Notes: a model not told the origin generated them from the letters alone. A stretch of 64,000 nucleotides of DNA from an uncultured Acidobacteriota bacterium (GCA_963764715.1 CAVXTP010000012.1:1-64000), one strand, 5' to 3'. Positions 1-9,852 are shown, numbered from the stretch's first letter. Program-made: numbers and translations.

Positions 1-12
1 ATGCAGACTTTT

Positions 13-65
13 GGGGTCTGACCCTGACTCTCTGACTTGCGGAGTCAGCCCTGCATTTCTGACTC
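13..65 (+). repeat. GGGGTCAG-family dispersed repeat, tandem doublet
   Basis: GGGGTCTGACCCTGACTCTCTGACT followed by GGAGTCAGCCCTGCATTTCTGACT; matches the copies at 9800 and 16543. Confidence 0.8.
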
Positions 66-365
66 TTTGCGCGCGAAGTGGCTCTCCCGCACGACCTCGG
101 CCACCTCCATGTCGTAATACCGATACCAGAGGCGCCGGCCCGTCTCCTGCGCGACGCGGTGCGCGGGATCCTCCCGCCACTGCCGCAGCGTCTCGAGGTC
201 CTTCCACCAGACGATGGTCAGTCGCTCGCCGTCCTGCGCCGTGAAGCTCTTCACGTCGACGAACCCGGGAGCGTTCCGAGCCTTCTCCGCGAGCATCGCG
301 TCCATCGCCACGTACTCCGCGCCCGCGGCGTCGGTCAGTCGCGACCGGAACAGCACGACGATCAC
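45..365 (-). CDS. antibiotic biosynthesis monooxygenase (ABM) family protein
   Basis: GTG start overlapping the upstream stop (GTGA); 106 aa with PGFVDVKSF...WWKD...WREDPAHRVAQETGR...WYRYY typical of ABM/heme-degrading-like proteins. Confidence 0.8.
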   Translation of the reverse strand: MIVVLFRSRLTDAAGAEYVAMDAMLAEKARNAPGFVDVKSFTAQDGERLTIVWWKDLETLRQWREDPAHRVAQETGRRLWYRYYDMEVAEVVRESHFARKESEMQG

Positions 366-1150
366 GCGGCCTCCGCGCAGAGACCGCGGGTTTCGATCGA
401 GGCGAGGTTGCGCCCGTGAAAGAACGTCTCGAAGTCCGTCGCCGGCGGGCCCGAGGGCAGACAGTCGTCGATCCGAATTGTCGCAATCGGCCGCCCGTGG
501 ACCCGCGCTTCGAGAACGCGCGCGCGCAGGTTGGCCAGGTACCCGCGCGCCGACCGGAGCGCGTCGGCATCGGCCAGCGAGCCGTGGGAGCGGAGGACGC
601 GCCGCCGCCCCCGGTCGAGCGCCCGCGACAACGCCCGGTCGACCGCCTCGAACCCCGAATAGTGGATGTACGCCATCCGCCCGACCGCCGTGTCGCCGAC
701 GTGCAGCAGGTCGAGCTCCGGAACGTCGAGGTTGAGGGTGCCGGCCGTGTGACCGGGGTTTTCGAAGAGCTCCAGGTTGAAGCGTCCCCACGTGATGCCG
801 AGCCGCCCGGCGAGGCGGTACGTCGGAGCGCGGAAGTGGCCCGCCTCCTCCGGCGTTCGAAAGTCCTCCGCCCAGAACGTGGCGTCGGAATTCTCGTGCC
901 CGATGAGCGGTGCGTCCGGAAAGGTCATGAATGCGGCCATGTGGTCGCTGAAGGAATGGGTGCTGACGAGGAGCTCCACCCGCCGGCCCATCTCTTGGAC
1001 GAGGACGGCCTTCAGCGCCGCGGCGTCCTCGGCCGAGCCGAGACCGTCGACGAGAAGCGCCCGGGCGCCGTCGAAGAGCGCCAGCGCCCCCGAGTCGTAC
1101 TTGTCACCGCGGAAGAGGACGGCGTCCCGATCGATCGTCTCGACGTTCAT
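362..1150 (-). CDS. MBL-fold metallo-hydrolase
   Basis: LLVDG, STHSFSDH, PGHTAG and GDT motifs; start taken at MNVETID. Confidence 0.8.
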   Translation of the reverse strand: MNVETIDRDAVLFRGDKYDSGALALFDGARALLVDGLGSAEDAAALKAVLVQEMGRRVELLVSTHSFSDHMAAFMTFPDAPLIGHENSDATFWAEDFRTPEEAGHFRAPTYRLAGRLGITWGRFNLELFENPGHTAGTLNLDVPELDLLHVGDTAVGRMAYIHYSGFEAVDRALSRALDRGRRRVLRSHGSLADADALRSARGYLANLRARVLEARVHGRPIATIRIDDCLPSGPPATDFETFFHGRNLASIETRGLCAEAA

Positions 1151-1218
1151 GCGCTTTCCCCCGGCGGCCAGACTAGACGTTCCGGTGTGATTCACAAAGC
1201 GAATTGTTCTTATGCTTT

Positions 1219-1237
1219 TCATGCGATATATTCATGA
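1219..1237. promoter_or_regulatory. putative LysR-type T-N11-A operator
   Basis: TCATGCGATATATTCATGA dyad in the AT-rich spacer between the divergent MBL and LysR genes. Confidence 0.5.
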
Positions 1238-1241
1238 TTCC

Positions 1242-2171
1242 ATGGACCGCGCTCCCGCCGGACTCGACCTGCGGCACCTCCAGCTCGTGCTCTCGGTCTC
1301 GGAGGAGGGGACCCTCACGGCCGCCGCGCGCCGGCTCCACCTCTCGCAGTCCGCGCTTTCCCACCAGCTCGCCGACGCCGAGCACGCCGTCGGAGCCTCC
1401 CTCTTCCAGCGCGGCCACAAGCGCATGACGCCGACGCCCGCCGGCGCGCGCCTGATCGAGGCGGCGCGGAAAGTCGGCGAGGAGATCGCCTCGGCCGCGC
1501 GGGACATCGCCGCGACGTCGGCGGACCCGGCCGGCGTGCTGCGCCTCGCGACCGAGTGCTACACCTGCTATCACTGGCTGCCCGAGCCGCTCCTCGCCTT
1601 CCAGGCGAGCCACCCGTCGGTCGACGTCCGCATCGTGCTCGAGGCCACGCGCCGCCCCATCCCCGCGCTCCTCTCGGGCGACCTCGACGTCGGGATCGTC
1701 AGCGACCCCGTCAAGAGCCGCCGGATCGCCGTCCATCCCCTGTTCGAGGACGAGCTCGTCGCGATCATGAGCCCGCGCCATCTGCTGGCGAAGCGGCCGC
1801 ACCTCGAGGCAACCGACTTCGCCGGGGAGAATCTCCTGACGCTGTCGGTCCCGCGCGAGGAGCTGGACGTCTACCGCTACGTGCTGCGCCCGGCCGGCGT
1901 CGAGCCCCGCCGCTGGTCCCCGATCGAGCTGACCGAGGCCCTGATCGAGATGGCGCGCGCCGGCCTCGGCGTCGGAGTCCTCGCGCGCTGGGCCGTGACG
2001 CCCCAGGTCCGCGCCGGCACGCTCGCCGCGCGGCGCATCACCCGCAAGGGCCTGCGGCGCCACTGGAGCGCGGCGACGCTGAAGCGACGCCGGCCGCTCC
2101 CCTTCGTCGAGGACTTCGTCCGCGCGATCCAGGCCTCCTCGCCGCGGCGCCTGCGCGTCGGCGCGGCGTAG
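1242..2171 (+). CDS. LysR family transcriptional regulator (MetR-like)
   Basis: N-terminal [24 protein letters not shown]; substrate domain [14 protein letters not shown]. Confidence 0.92.
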   Translation: MDRAPAGLDLRHLQLVLSVSEEGTLTAAARRLHLSQSALSHQLADAEHAVGASLFQRGHKRMTPTPAGARLIEAARKVGEEIASAARDIAATSADPAGVLRLATECYTCYHWLPEPLLAFQASHPSVDVRIVLEATRRPIPALLSGDLDVGIVSDPVKSRRIAVHPLFEDELVAIMSPRHLLAKRPHLEATDFAGENLLTLSVPREELDVYRYVLRPAGVEPRRWSPIELTEALIEMARAGLGVGVLARWAVTPQVRAGTLAARRITRKGLRRHWSAATLKRRRPLPFVEDFVRAIQASSPRRLRVGAA

Positions 2172-2194
2172 CCGGCCGCGCTCCAGCCCGGGGC

Positions 2195-2253
2195 GCAGGG
2201 GCGGCCCTTGTGGCCGCCCGCCGTGCAAGGGCGGGGACGAGCCCCGCCCCTAC
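2195..2253. repeat. GTAG-type REP doublet (REPIN-like)
   Basis: GCAGGGGCGGCCCTTGTGGCCGCCC plus inverted GGGCGGGGACGAGCCCCGCCCCTAC. Confidence 0.85.
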
Positions 2254-2266
2254 GACGGGGTCGGGT

Positions 2267-4633
2267 CTACTCCGCGACCCCCTTCTCCTTGAGGATCGCC
2301 CACACCTTCTGGGGCGTCATCGGGATGTCGATGTGCTTGACGCCGAGGTGCGAGAGCGCGTCGACGACCGCGTTGACGATCGCCGGCGGCGCGCCGACCG
2401 TGGCGGACTCCCCGACCCCCTTGGCCCCGAACGGATGGTGCGGCGAGGGCGTGACGGTCTTGCCCGTCTCCCACTTCGGCGTCTCCATCGCCGTCGGGAC
2501 GAGGTAATCCATGAAGCTTCCCGCCTGGTTGTTGCCGTCCGCGTCGTAGGTGATCTCCTCCATCAGCGCCGGCGCCATGCCCATCGAGAGGCCGCCATGG
2601 ATCTGGCCGTCCACGATCATGGGATTGATGATGTTGCCGCAGTCGTCGACGGCGACGAACCGGCGGATCTTGACCTCGCCGGTGCCTCGATCGATGTCGA
2701 CGACACAGATGTAGCTGCCGAACGGGAAGGTCAGATTCGGCGGATCGTAGTAGTCGACCGCCTCGAGCCCGGCCTCCATGCCCTGCGGGTGGTTCGTGTA
2801 CGCGGCGAAGGCGATGTCCTGGATCGTCTTCGACTTCTGCGGCGCGCCCTTGACCGAGAACTTGCCGACCTCCCAGACGAGGTCTTCCTCGGAGACCTCG
2901 AGCAGGTAGGCGGCGATCTTCCTCGCCTTGTCGCGGACCTTGCGGGCCGCCATCGCCCCGGCCGCGCCGGCCGTCGGCGTCGAGCGGCTGGCGTACGTGC
3001 CGAGGCCGTAGGGCGCCGTGTCCGTGTCGCCCTCCTCGACCTCGACGTGGGCCGCCGGGATGCCGAGCTCCTCGGCGATGATCTGGGCGTAGGTCGTTTC
3101 GTGGCCCTGGCCCTGCGACTTCGTGCCGAAGCGCGCCATCGCCTTGCCGGTCGGGTGGATCCGCAGCTCGCACGAGTCGAACATCTTGATGCCGAGGATG
3201 TCGAAGTGCTTGGACGGCCCCGCGCCGACGATCTCGGTGAAGCTCGAGATGCCGATGCCCATGAGCTCGCCCGACTTCCGCTTCTCGGCCTGCTCCTTGC
3301 GCAGCCCCGCGTAGTCGATCATCTCCATGGCCTTCTTCAGGGCCGCCGGGTAGTTGCCGCTGTCGTACTCCCAGCCGAGCGCCGAGTGGTACGGGAACTT
3401 GTCGGGCGGGATGAAGTTCTTCAGCCGCAGCTCCGCCGGGTCCATCTTCAGCTCCTGCGCGAGCCGGTCGACCATGCGCTCGATGGCGTGCACGGCCTCG
3501 GTGACGCGGAAGGAGCAGCGGTACGCGACGCCGCCCGGCGGCTTGTTCGTGTAGACGCCGTCGACTTCGCAGAAGGCGTTCCGGATGTCGTAGGACCCGG
3601 TGCAGATCGAGAAGAGCCCGGCCGGGAACTTCGAGGGGTTCGCCGCGGCGTCGGCGTACCCGTGGTCGGCGACGGTCTTGATCTTCAGGGCGGTCATGGT
3701 GCCGTCCTTCTTCGCCGCGAGCTCGGCTTCCATGTGGTAGTCGCGCGCGAAGGAGTCGGCCTGCAGGTTCTCCATGCGGTCCTCGACCCACTTGATGGGC
3801 TTGCCGATGACGACCGAGGCCGCCACCGCGATGACGTAGCCCGGGTAGACCGGGACCTTCCCGCCGAAGCCGCCGCCGATGTCGGGCGAGACGATCCGGA
3901 TCTTCTCCTCCGAGAGGCCGACGTGCCCGGCGACGAGCGCGAAGACCGTGCGGATCGCGTGCGGCGCCTGCGTCGTCATGTAGACGGTCAGCTTGCCGGT
4001 CGCGGGATGGAAGTCGGCGATACAGCCGCAGGTCTCGATCGAGGCGACGTGGATGCGCGGGATGTAGATCTTCTCCCGCACGACGACGTCCGACGCCTTC
4101 GCGGCCGCTTCGGTCTTCGCCCGGTCCCCCGCCTCCCAGTGCCAGATGTGATTGTCCTTCTTGCCTTCCTTGTCCGTCCGCAGCACCGGCGCGCCCGGCT
4201 TCATCGCCTCGAACGGGTCGAGGACGACCGGCAGCGGCTCGTACTCGACCTCGACCGCGGCGACGCCGTCGGCCGCCGTGTAGCGGTCGGTCGCGATGAC
4301 GGCCGCGACCTCCTGGGCCTGGTACATGACCCGGTCGGTCGGCAGCACCATCTGCGTGTCCGACATCAGCGTCGGCATCCAGTGGAGCTTGTACTGCGCC
4401 AGCGTCTCGCCCGTGATCACGGCGAGCACGCCCGGCACCTTCAGGGCCTTCGAGGAGTCGATCTTCTTGATCTTCGCGTGAGCGTACGGGCTGCGGACGA
4501 TGTCCATGTGGAGCATGCCCGGCAGCTGGATGTCGTCGACGTAATTTCCCTGCCCGCGCAGAAAGCGCGGGTCTTCCTTGCGCTTCATCGAGTGGCCCAT
4601 GCCTCCGACGGCGGCGCTCGTCTTGGGTTCCAT
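2267..4633 (-). CDS. coxL: aerobic carbon monoxide dehydrogenase large subunit, form I
   Basis: N-terminal RKEDPRF, GGGFGGK, active-site loop VAYRCSFR, QGQGHET, GAKGVGE; start at MEPKTS after a GGGGGAG RBS. Confidence 0.95.
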   Translation of the reverse strand: MEPKTSAAVGGMGHSMKRKEDPRFLRGQGNYVDDIQLPGMLHMDIVRSPYAHAKIKKIDSSKALKVPGVLAVITGETLAQYKLHWMPTLMSDTQMVLPTDRVMYQAQEVAAVIATDRYTAADGVAAVEVEYEPLPVVLDPFEAMKPGAPVLRTDKEGKKDNHIWHWEAGDRAKTEAAAKASDVVVREKIYIPRIHVASIETCGCIADFHPATGKLTVYMTTQAPHAIRTVFALVAGHVGLSEEKIRIVSPDIGGGFGGKVPVYPGYVIAVAASVVIGKPIKWVEDRMENLQADSFARDYHMEAELAAKKDGTMTALKIKTVADHGYADAAANPSKFPAGLFSICTGSYDIRNAFCEVDGVYTNKPPGGVAYRCSFRVTEAVHAIERMVDRLAQELKMDPAELRLKNFIPPDKFPYHSALGWEYDSGNYPAALKKAMEMIDYAGLRKEQAEKRKSGELMGIGISSFTEIVGAGPSKHFDILGIKMFDSCELRIHPTGKAMARFGTKSQGQGHETTYAQIIAEELGIPAAHVEVEEGDTDTAPYGLGTYASRSTPTAGAAGAMAARKVRDKARKIAAYLLEVSEEDLVWEVGKFSVKGAPQKSKTIQDIAFAAYTNHPQGMEAGLEAVDYYDPPNLTFPFGSYICVVDIDRGTGEVKIRRFVAVDDCGNIINPMIVDGQIHGGLSMGMAPALMEEITYDADGNNQAGSFMDYLVPTAMETPKWETGKTVTPSPHHPFGAKGVGESATVGAPPAIVNAVVDALSHLGVKHIDIPMTPQKVWAILKEKGVAE

Positions 4634-4641
4634 GGCTCCCC

Positions 4642-5130
4642 CTACTTCGCCGGCACGGCGCCGGTCATGGCGGCCGCCGCGTGCTGAACGGACTTGACGA
4701 TGTTCACGTACCCGGTGCACCGGCAGAGGTTGCCCGAGATGGCCTGCCGGATCTCGCCCTCGCTCGGGCTCGCGTTGATCTTCAGGAGCGCGTAGCTCGT
4801 CATCATCATGCCGGGCGTGCAGTAGCCGCACTGCAGGCCGTGCTCCTGGAAAAAGCCCTCCTGGATCGGGTCGAGCTTGCCTCCCTGCTCGAGCCCCTCG
4901 ACGGTCATGACCTGCCGTCCGTCGGCCTGCACCGCGAGAACGGTGCACGACTTGACGGGCGTCCCGTCGAGGAGGACGGTGCACGCGCCGCAGTGCGAGG
5001 TGTCGCAACCGATGTGCGTTCCCGTCAGGCGCAGCGTCTCGCGCAGGAAGTGGACGAGGAGTGTCCGCGACTCGACGTCGCCCTCGCGGGCGGCGCCGTT
5101 GATGGTGATCGTGACGTGGTGTTTCGCCAT
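4642..5130 (-). CDS. coxS: CO dehydrogenase small (2Fe-2S) subunit
   Basis: [20 protein letters not shown] and GNLCRCTGY motifs. Confidence 0.95.
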   Translation of the reverse strand: MAKHHVTITINGAAREGDVESRTLLVHFLRETLRLTGTHIGCDTSHCGACTVLLDGTPVKSCTVLAVQADGRQVMTVEGLEQGGKLDPIQEGFFQEHGLQCGYCTPGMMMTSYALLKINASPSEGEIRQAISGNLCRCTGYVNIVKSVQHAAAAMTGAVPAK

Positions 5131-5132
5131 GG

Positions 5133-6002
5133 CTATGCTCCCTGCGCCCGTTCGACGGCCTTCTTCAGCGCCCGCGCCGCGAGCACGCGCGCCATCTCCT
5201 TCTTGTACTCGACCGAGCCCCGGCGGTCGGCCGACGGGTCGGACGCCTGACCCGCGAGCTTCGCGGCCTCTCCGATCGTCGCTGCGTCCGGCTTCTTTCC
5301 CTGGAGGAACTTCTCCGCCTCGGCCGCCCGCACGGGGGTCAGGCCCGCGTTGGTCAGCCCGATCCCGGCCTTCGCGATCTCGCCGCCGGCGCCGAGCGTC
5401 ACCTGCGCGGCCACACCGGCCGTCGCGAAGTCGCCGACCTTGCGCTCGAGCTTCATGTACGCGCCGGCGGTCTTGCCCTGCGCCGCGGGAATCCGGATCT
5501 CGGTCAGGATCTCGTCCTTCCCGAGCGCGGTCTCGAAGAGACCCGTGAAGAAGGCGTCGATCGGGATCGTGCGCTCGCCCTTCGGACCCGTGGCCACGAC
5601 GATCGCGCCCAGCGCCAGCATCGTCGCCGGGTGGTCGTTCGCCGGGTCGCCGTGCGCGAGATTCCCGCCAACCGTGGCGAGGTTGCGCACGATCGGGTCG
5701 GCGATCACGGCCGCGGTGTCGGCGAGGATCGGGTACCGGGCGTGAACCACGTCGGATCGTTCGAGGGCCGTCTCGCGCGTCCGGCCGCCGATCTTCAGAA
5801 AGCCGCCCTCCTCCTTGATGTACTCGAGGCCGGGCAGGCGGTTGATGTCGATCAGGTGGCCGGCCGATCCCAGGCGCAGCTTCAGGAGCGGCAGGAGGCT
5901 CTGGCCTCCCGACAGGACCTTGGCGTCGCCGTATCGGCCGAGGAGCTCGATCGCCTCGGCGAGCGAGCCGGGAGAGTGGTAGTCGAACGCAGCCGGAATC
6001 AT
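5133..6002 (-). CDS. coxM: CO dehydrogenase medium (FAD) subunit
   Basis: MIPAAFDYH start, [34 protein letters not shown]. Confidence 0.95.
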   Translation of the reverse strand: MIPAAFDYHSPGSLAEAIELLGRYGDAKVLSGGQSLLPLLKLRLGSAGHLIDINRLPGLEYIKEEGGFLKIGGRTRETALERSDVVHARYPILADTAAVIADPIVRNLATVGGNLAHGDPANDHPATMLALGAIVVATGPKGERTIPIDAFFTGLFETALGKDEILTEIRIPAAQGKTAGAYMKLERKVGDFATAGVAAQVTLGAGGEIAKAGIGLTNAGLTPVRAAEAEKFLQGKKPDAATIGEAAKLAGQASDPSADRRGSVEYKKEMARVLAARALKKAVERAQGA

Positions 6003-6053
6003 GACCTCTCCTTTCGACGGTTGATCCATGATGGACGTCGCGGGCTCCCGGTC

Positions 6054-6105
6054 GTAGGGGCGGCCCTGGCGGCCGCCCGCGGGCGGGGACGAGCCCCGCC
6101 CCTAC
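6054..6105. repeat. GTAG-type REP doublet
   Basis: GTAGGGGCGGCCCTGGCGGCCGCCC plus GGGCGGGGACGAGCCCCGCCCCTAC; second half identical to 2229-2253. Confidence 0.85.
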
Positions 6106-6147
6106 GTACCAGGGCAATACGGTCGTTGCGCAGAGAAATGTCCACTC

Positions 6148-7278
6148 CTAGGCGGCCGACAGCCGCGGAACGAGCCTTTCGAGCGACTCCAGGTTGTGCG
6201 CCGACGCGAAGACGTCGACGTAGGGCAGCGCGGCCGCCATCCCCCGCGCGGTCGGCTCGTACCGCGCGTCGCCGAGCAGCGGATTGAGCCAGACGATCCG
6301 CCGCGCCCGCGCGCGGATCGCCCGCATCGCCGCGACCAGCTCGGACGGGTCGCCGCGGTCGAGGCCGTCGCTGACGATGACGACGACCGTTCGCGCATCG
6401 ACGAGCTCGTCGAGGTATCGCTCCGCGAAGGCGCCGAGGCTGCGGCCGATCTGCGTGCCGCCGGACCAGCCCGGGACGCCCGCGGCGATGCGCTCGAGGG
6501 TCGCCGCGATCTTCGCCGGCGAGATCCAGGACGTCAGCCGCACGAGCGAGGTGTTGAACGCGAAGAGCTCGGTGCGGCGCGCGGCCTTCTTGAGCGACAG
6601 CAGGAACGTGAGCATGAACCGGACGTGGCGGTCCATCGAGCCGCTCGTGTCGCACAGGACGACCAGGCGCGGCTCTTCGACGGCGCGCTCGCGCCGCGCC
6701 AGGCGGAGCGGCTCTCCGGCCGTGCCAACGGCCTTTCGGAAGCTGCGGCGCGGGTCGACGCGCCCGCGGCCCCGGGTCGGGACGAGGCGCCGGCTGCGGC
6801 GCGTCGCGAGCGCCAGGGCGAGCCTCGACATCAGCCGCTCCATCGCGGCGAGGTCCCGCTCGCCGCACTCGTCGAAGGGCTTGCGCCGGAGCATCGCCTC
6901 CGGGCTGTAGCCCGGGTCCCGGTCCGACCCGTCGCGCGCTTCCCGCTCGACTTCCCGGGCCGCCGTCGGCGGGAGGCCACCGAAGTTCTTCATGGGCTGC
7001 AGGCCGCTCGCCCGCGCCTTCGCCGCGCGCTCGCGCTCCGCCGCGGGGTCCGCGCTTCCCCAGAGCCGGGCGAAGAGCTCCTCGAAGGCCTCGGCGTCGC
7101 GCCGGCGGATCTTGAGCGCCGTCTTGAGCGCCAGGCGAACCTCCTCGCGGTCCGCGAGGTCGACGAGCGTCAGGGCGGCGACGGCATCGGCCTCGTCCGA
7201 GAGGCCCGCGCGGACGCCGCGCTCCCGAAGAGCGCCGGCGAAGGCCGCGACGTGCGCCACGAGATCCATCGCGGTCAT
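6148..7278 (-). CDS. coxE: CoxE-like VWA domain protein
   Basis: MIDAS DTSGSM, WSGGTQIG, SDGLDRG, WLNPL; ATGA overlap with coxD. Confidence 0.9.
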   Translation of the reverse strand: MTAMDLVAHVAAFAGALRERGVRAGLSDEADAVAALTLVDLADREEVRLALKTALKIRRRDAEAFEELFARLWGSADPAAERERAAKARASGLQPMKNFGGLPPTAAREVEREARDGSDRDPGYSPEAMLRRKPFDECGERDLAAMERLMSRLALALATRRSRRLVPTRGRGRVDPRRSFRKAVGTAGEPLRLARRERAVEEPRLVVLCDTSGSMDRHVRFMLTFLLSLKKAARRTELFAFNTSLVRLTSWISPAKIAATLERIAAGVPGWSGGTQIGRSLGAFAERYLDELVDARTVVVIVSDGLDRGDPSELVAAMRAIRARARRIVWLNPLLGDARYEPTARGMAAALPYVDVFASAHNLESLERLVPRLSAA

Positions 7279-8174
7279 CCTATCGAAGCCGCTCCGGCGC
7301 GCGCTCCTTCGACGAGGGCCGCGAGCTCGGGTCCGGGCAGGTCGACGATGTCGTTGCGGTCCTTGAGCAGGCAGCCCAGCGTCTGCTCGACGGTCTCGGC
7401 GTCGAGGCCGTCGCGGTGGAGGCGCACGAGGGCTTGCGCCCAGTCGATCGTCTCGGCGACGCCCGGCGCCTTGAGGAGTCGCCGCGCGCGCAGGGCCTGC
7501 AGGAAGCGCCCGATCTCGGCCGAGAGTTTCTCGCTCGCCTTGGGCACGCGCGCCCGGATGATGCGGACCTCCTTCTCGAAGCTCGGGTGCTCGATGTAGA
7601 GGTAGAGGCAGCGGCGGCGCAGCGCGTCCCCGATCTCGCGCGTCCGGTTGGAGGTCAGGATGACGTGCGGCCGGTGCTCGGCGCGGATCGTCCCGAGCTC
7701 GGGGATCGTGACCTGGAAGTCGGACAAAACCTCGAGAAGAAACGCCTCGAATCCGTCGTCGGCCCGGTCGATCTCGTCGATGAGGAGGACGGCCGGCCCG
7801 TCCTTGACCGTGATCGCCTGGAGCAGGGGGCGCTCCAGCAGGTACTTGCGCGAGAAGATGACGTGTTCGGCGGCGTCGGGATCCATCCCGCTTTCCCCGG
7901 CCATCCGGAGCCGGAGCATCTGCCGCGGATAGTCCCACTCGTAGAGGGCGGTCTGGACATCGAGCCCCTCGTAGCACTGCAGGCGGATGAGCGGCCGGCC
8001 GAGCAGGCGCGCGAGGACCTTGGCGATCTCGGTCTTTCCGACGCCGGCGTCGCCCTCGACGAGCAGCGGCTTGCCCATCTCCGTCGAGAGGAAGAGCGCC
8101 GTCGCGATCGCGGGCTCCGCGATGTAGCCCTGGCTCTCCATCGAGTCCTGGATCGCCTGGATCTCGGGCCTCAT
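7275..8174 (-). CDS. coxD: CoxD-like MoxR AAA+ ATPase
   Basis: Walker A GDAGVGKT, RLQCYEGLD, Walker B LLIDEIDR, ALRRRC. Confidence 0.9.
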   Translation of the reverse strand: MRPEIQAIQDSMESQGYIAEPAIATALFLSTEMGKPLLVEGDAGVGKTEIAKVLARLLGRPLIRLQCYEGLDVQTALYEWDYPRQMLRLRMAGESGMDPDAAEHVIFSRKYLLERPLLQAITVKDGPAVLLIDEIDRADDGFEAFLLEVLSDFQVTIPELGTIRAEHRPHVILTSNRTREIGDALRRRCLYLYIEHPSFEKEVRIIRARVPKASEKLSAEIGRFLQALRARRLLKAPGVAETIDWAQALVRLHRDGLDAETVEQTLGCLLKDRNDIVDLPGPELAALVEGARAGAASIG

Positions 8175-9157
8175 GCGCCGGCCCCCGCCGCCGGGGTGAA
8201 GCGGGCCGGGGACGCGAGGAACTTCTCCCGGCATCCGCCGCAGCAGAAGTACCAGGTCCGCCCGGCGACCTCCGCCAGGTGCCGCGCGCCGGCGACGGCG
8301 ACCATCATGCCGCAGACCGGGTCGCGCTCCTCGCGGGCCGCCGCCACGGGAAGGCCCGCGGCCGCCCGGGCCGGCTCCGCCGGGGCGGCGCGGCGGACCT
8401 TGACGATCCCGGCGAGGATCGAGATCGCAATCTCCTCCGGGGCGCGCGCGCCGATGTCGAGGCCGGCGGGGCTCTGGATCCGGGCGAGGGCCCGAGCGTC
8501 GACGCCCCCCGCGAGGAGAGATTCGCGGATCTCGCCGAAGCGTTTCGAGCTCGCGACGACGCCGAGGTAGGCCGGATCGGTCGAGAGCGCCGCCCGGACC
8601 GCGGCCTCGTCGCGCTCGCCCATCGTCGCGACCACGGCCCAGGAGGGGCCGCCCGGCAACGTCAGCGCCGCGTCGGGGTCGGTCCAGAGGCGCTCGGCAT
8701 CGGGGAAGGCCGCCGGTTCTGCCGCCGGATCGGCGACGTGCACCGCGTAGCCCATCGCCCGGCCGATCCGCGCGAGCGCCTGCGCGACGGGCGAGACTCC
8801 GAAAACCAGAAGCCGCGCCGGCGGCAGGACGGGTTCGATGTAGATGTCCACGCTGCCTCCACTGTGGCAGGTCATCGGAAAGACCAGGATGCCGGGACGC
8901 TTCTCGGTCTGCGGGTCGGGCGCGAGCGCGATGAGCCGCGGCGCGCCGTCGGCGATCGCCTTGAGGGCCTCGCGGATCACGGTCGGCTGCGTGCAGCTTC
9001 CCCCGAGCCAGCCGTGGAAGGCGCCGTCCGACGTGATGAGGGCTCCGTCGCCGGCCTGCGCGCTCGAGGCGGCCTGCCGCCGCACGACCGTCGCGAGGGC
9101 GAAGGGCTCCTCCTTCGCCACGAGCCGGCCCGCGAGCGCGAGCAGGTCGGAGCGCAC
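8171..9157 (-). CDS. coxF: XdhC/CoxF family Moco maturation protein with C-terminal YHS domain
   Basis: GWLGGSC, CHSGG, PAGLDIGARAPEEIAISI; C-terminal RDPVCGM...YFCCGGCREKF. Confidence 0.85.
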   Translation of the reverse strand: MRSDLLALAGRLVAKEEPFALATVVRRQAASSAQAGDGALITSDGAFHGWLGGSCTQPTVIREALKAIADGAPRLIALAPDPQTEKRPGILVFPMTCHSGGSVDIYIEPVLPPARLLVFGVSPVAQALARIGRAMGYAVHVADPAAEPAAFPDAERLWTDPDAALTLPGGPSWAVVATMGERDEAAVRAALSTDPAYLGVVASSKRFGEIRESLLAGGVDARALARIQSPAGLDIGARAPEEIAISILAGIVKVRRAAPAEPARAAAGLPVAAAREERDPVCGMMVAVAGARHLAEVAGRTWYFCCGGCREKFLASPARFTPAAGAGA

Positions 9158-9159
9158 GG

Positions 9160-9768
9160 CTACGCCGCTCCCGACGCGCGGAGGCGCTCGACGTCCTCGG
9201 GGGAGTCGAGGTCCGCGAGCCTCTCCGCCGGCCAGGCGACCGCGTCCGCCTCCGCGCGGTGGCGCTTGACGATCTGGCGTCCGCAGCCGCCGCCCGTCAT
9301 GGCCGCGATCTCGGGAAAGAGCGACCGGTCGTAGAGCGTCGGCGGCGCGTGAACGCCCCCGTACTCGGAGATCACGAGGGGACGGTCGGACGCGCGGTAG
9401 CGGGCGACGAGCGCGGCGATCATGGCCTCGTCGACGTGCGGCATGTCCGCCAGGAGGACGACGGCGGCGGGGGCGGAGGGGGGCACCGCCGCGATCCCGG
9501 CCCGGAAGGACGTGTGCTGGCCGCTGGCGTGATCCGGGTTGCGGATGGTCAGGGCGCCGAGACCGGCCAGCTCCCGCTCGGCCCGGTCGGCTTCGTGGCC
9601 CAGGACGACAACGACCGGGTCGAGGCCCGCGCCGATCGCCCGCCGCACCACCCGGCGGAGCAGCGTCTCCCCCTCCACGCGCAGGAACAGCTTGTTCTCG
9701 CCCATGCGCGTCGACGCGCCGGCCGCGAGAATGACGCCGGCCAGGGTCCCGGACCGCTCCGCCCGCAC
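9160..9768 (-). CDS. mocA: molybdenum cofactor cytidylyltransferase (MocA-like NTP transferase)
   Basis: ILAAGASTRMGENK, LADMP and DLDSPED motifs; first gene of the cox cluster. Confidence 0.85.
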   Translation of the reverse strand: MRAERSGTLAGVILAAGASTRMGENKLFLRVEGETLLRRVVRRAIGAGLDPVVVVLGHEADRAERELAGLGALTIRNPDHASGQHTSFRAGIAAVPPSAPAAVVLLADMPHVDEAMIAALVARYRASDRPLVISEYGGVHAPPTLYDRSLFPEIAAMTGGGCGRQIVKRHRAEADAVAWPAERLADLDSPEDVERLRASGAA

Positions 9769-9799
9769 GGCGGTGACTATATCGCCGCGCGGCCAGCCC

Positions 9800-9852
9800 G
9801 GGGTCAGCCCTGCATTTCTGAACTATTGGGGTCTGACCTGAATTTCTGAACT
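9800..9852 (+). repeat. GGGGTCAG-family repeat, tandem doublet
   Basis: GGGGTCAGCCCTGCATTTCTGAACT then GGGGTCTGACCTGAATTTCTGAACT, 28-nt period. Confidence 0.85.

Noticed and set aside
1556-4687. 1043-aa plus-strand ORF, and similar long ORFs (25421-28909, 33358-36621, 21119-23203, 51202-52959)
   Set aside because: Antisense or off-frame shadows of clear genes in high-GC DNA; Arg/Pro/Ala-rich with no motifs
2267-5008. 913-aa extended CoxL
   Set aside because: The extension overlaps coxS out of frame; the RBS and homology-like sequence start at 4633
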